A stretch of 32,000 nucleotides of DNA, from the NCBI GenBank assembly GCA_030167145.1, contig CP126532.1, positions 1,050,001-1,082,000 on the forward strand, written 5' to 3'. Each line of letters starts with the position of its first letter. The first letter of the stretch is position 1. The notes under the pieces are model-generated. The model made no database searches. It saw only the letters and a list, made by a program, of their open reading frames with translations, and was not told the origin of the DNA. Below are positions 31,944-32,000 of this stretch, one piece after another. Source of the stretch: Ktedonobacterales bacterium. GTDB taxonomy: Bacteria; Chloroflexota; Ktedonobacteria; Ktedonobacterales; JADMIN01. The position numbers were made by a program, and so were the translations under genes.

Positions 31944-32000
31944 AAGGTGTTGCGCTCCTTTGTCTGGATAATAGGCACTTCGATACTATGGCAACGCACT

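Noticed and set aside
1-32000. Whether the window is a mobile or defence island (integrase, transposase, toxin-antitoxin, restriction, CBASS-like or retron genes).
   Set aside because: No such genes or terminal repeats were recognised. The gene content is mostly housekeeping or metabolic, and GC content and codon style look uniform. The only lower-GC stretches are intergenic.

Overview
This is a GC-rich bacterial chromosomal window with strong GC3 codon bias and AGGAGG-type ribosome-binding sites. The taxon cannot be assigned from the sequence alone. I call 26 protein-coding genes plus one candidate small ORF. I saw no rRNA, tRNA, CRISPR array, transposase, integrase or phage genes. Gene order, left to right:
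- Distal two thirds of mfd, a polytopic membrane protein, and a DinB-family protein.
- A xanthine-dehydrogenase-family molybdoenzyme (large subunit plus a fused FAD/2Fe-2S subunit), followed by adenosine deaminase.
- An XRE-type regulator, then a divergent pair of DUF1269 and proline-rich membrane proteins.
- A two-HKD phospholipase-D-family protein and a duplicated TM/PH-like membrane protein.
- rpoN (sigma-54), a NadD-like nucleotidyltransferase, a MobA/MocA-like transferase, and ManA.
- A thioredoxin + CsoR-family operon divergent from a cysteine desulfurase.
- An orphan 336-aa protein, a receptor-like membrane PP2C phosphatase, and a quinone oxidoreductase.
- CysE, a NUDIX hydrolase, a REC-GGDEF response regulator, an MFS transporter and a ChrB-domain protein.

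The content looks like core or housekeeping genes rather than an accessory island. The ORF track does not explain several signals:
1. There are four sigma-54-type -24/-12 elements, all intergenic and correctly oriented. They sit upstream of DUF1269, the proline-rich protein, rpoN itself and the orphan gene. The rpoN gene also carries a Cys4 zinc-ribbon insertion.
2. A histidine-free CsoR-family repressor is co-transcribed with a CRPC thioredoxin. A TACCC-N5-GGGTA operator-like palindrome lies upstream.
3. One 13-bp inverted-repeat motif brackets the DinB gene.
4. At least three families of short dispersed hairpin repeats, plus several tandem repeats, are present.

All functional calls come from motifs read by eye in the supplied translations. 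No database search was possible.
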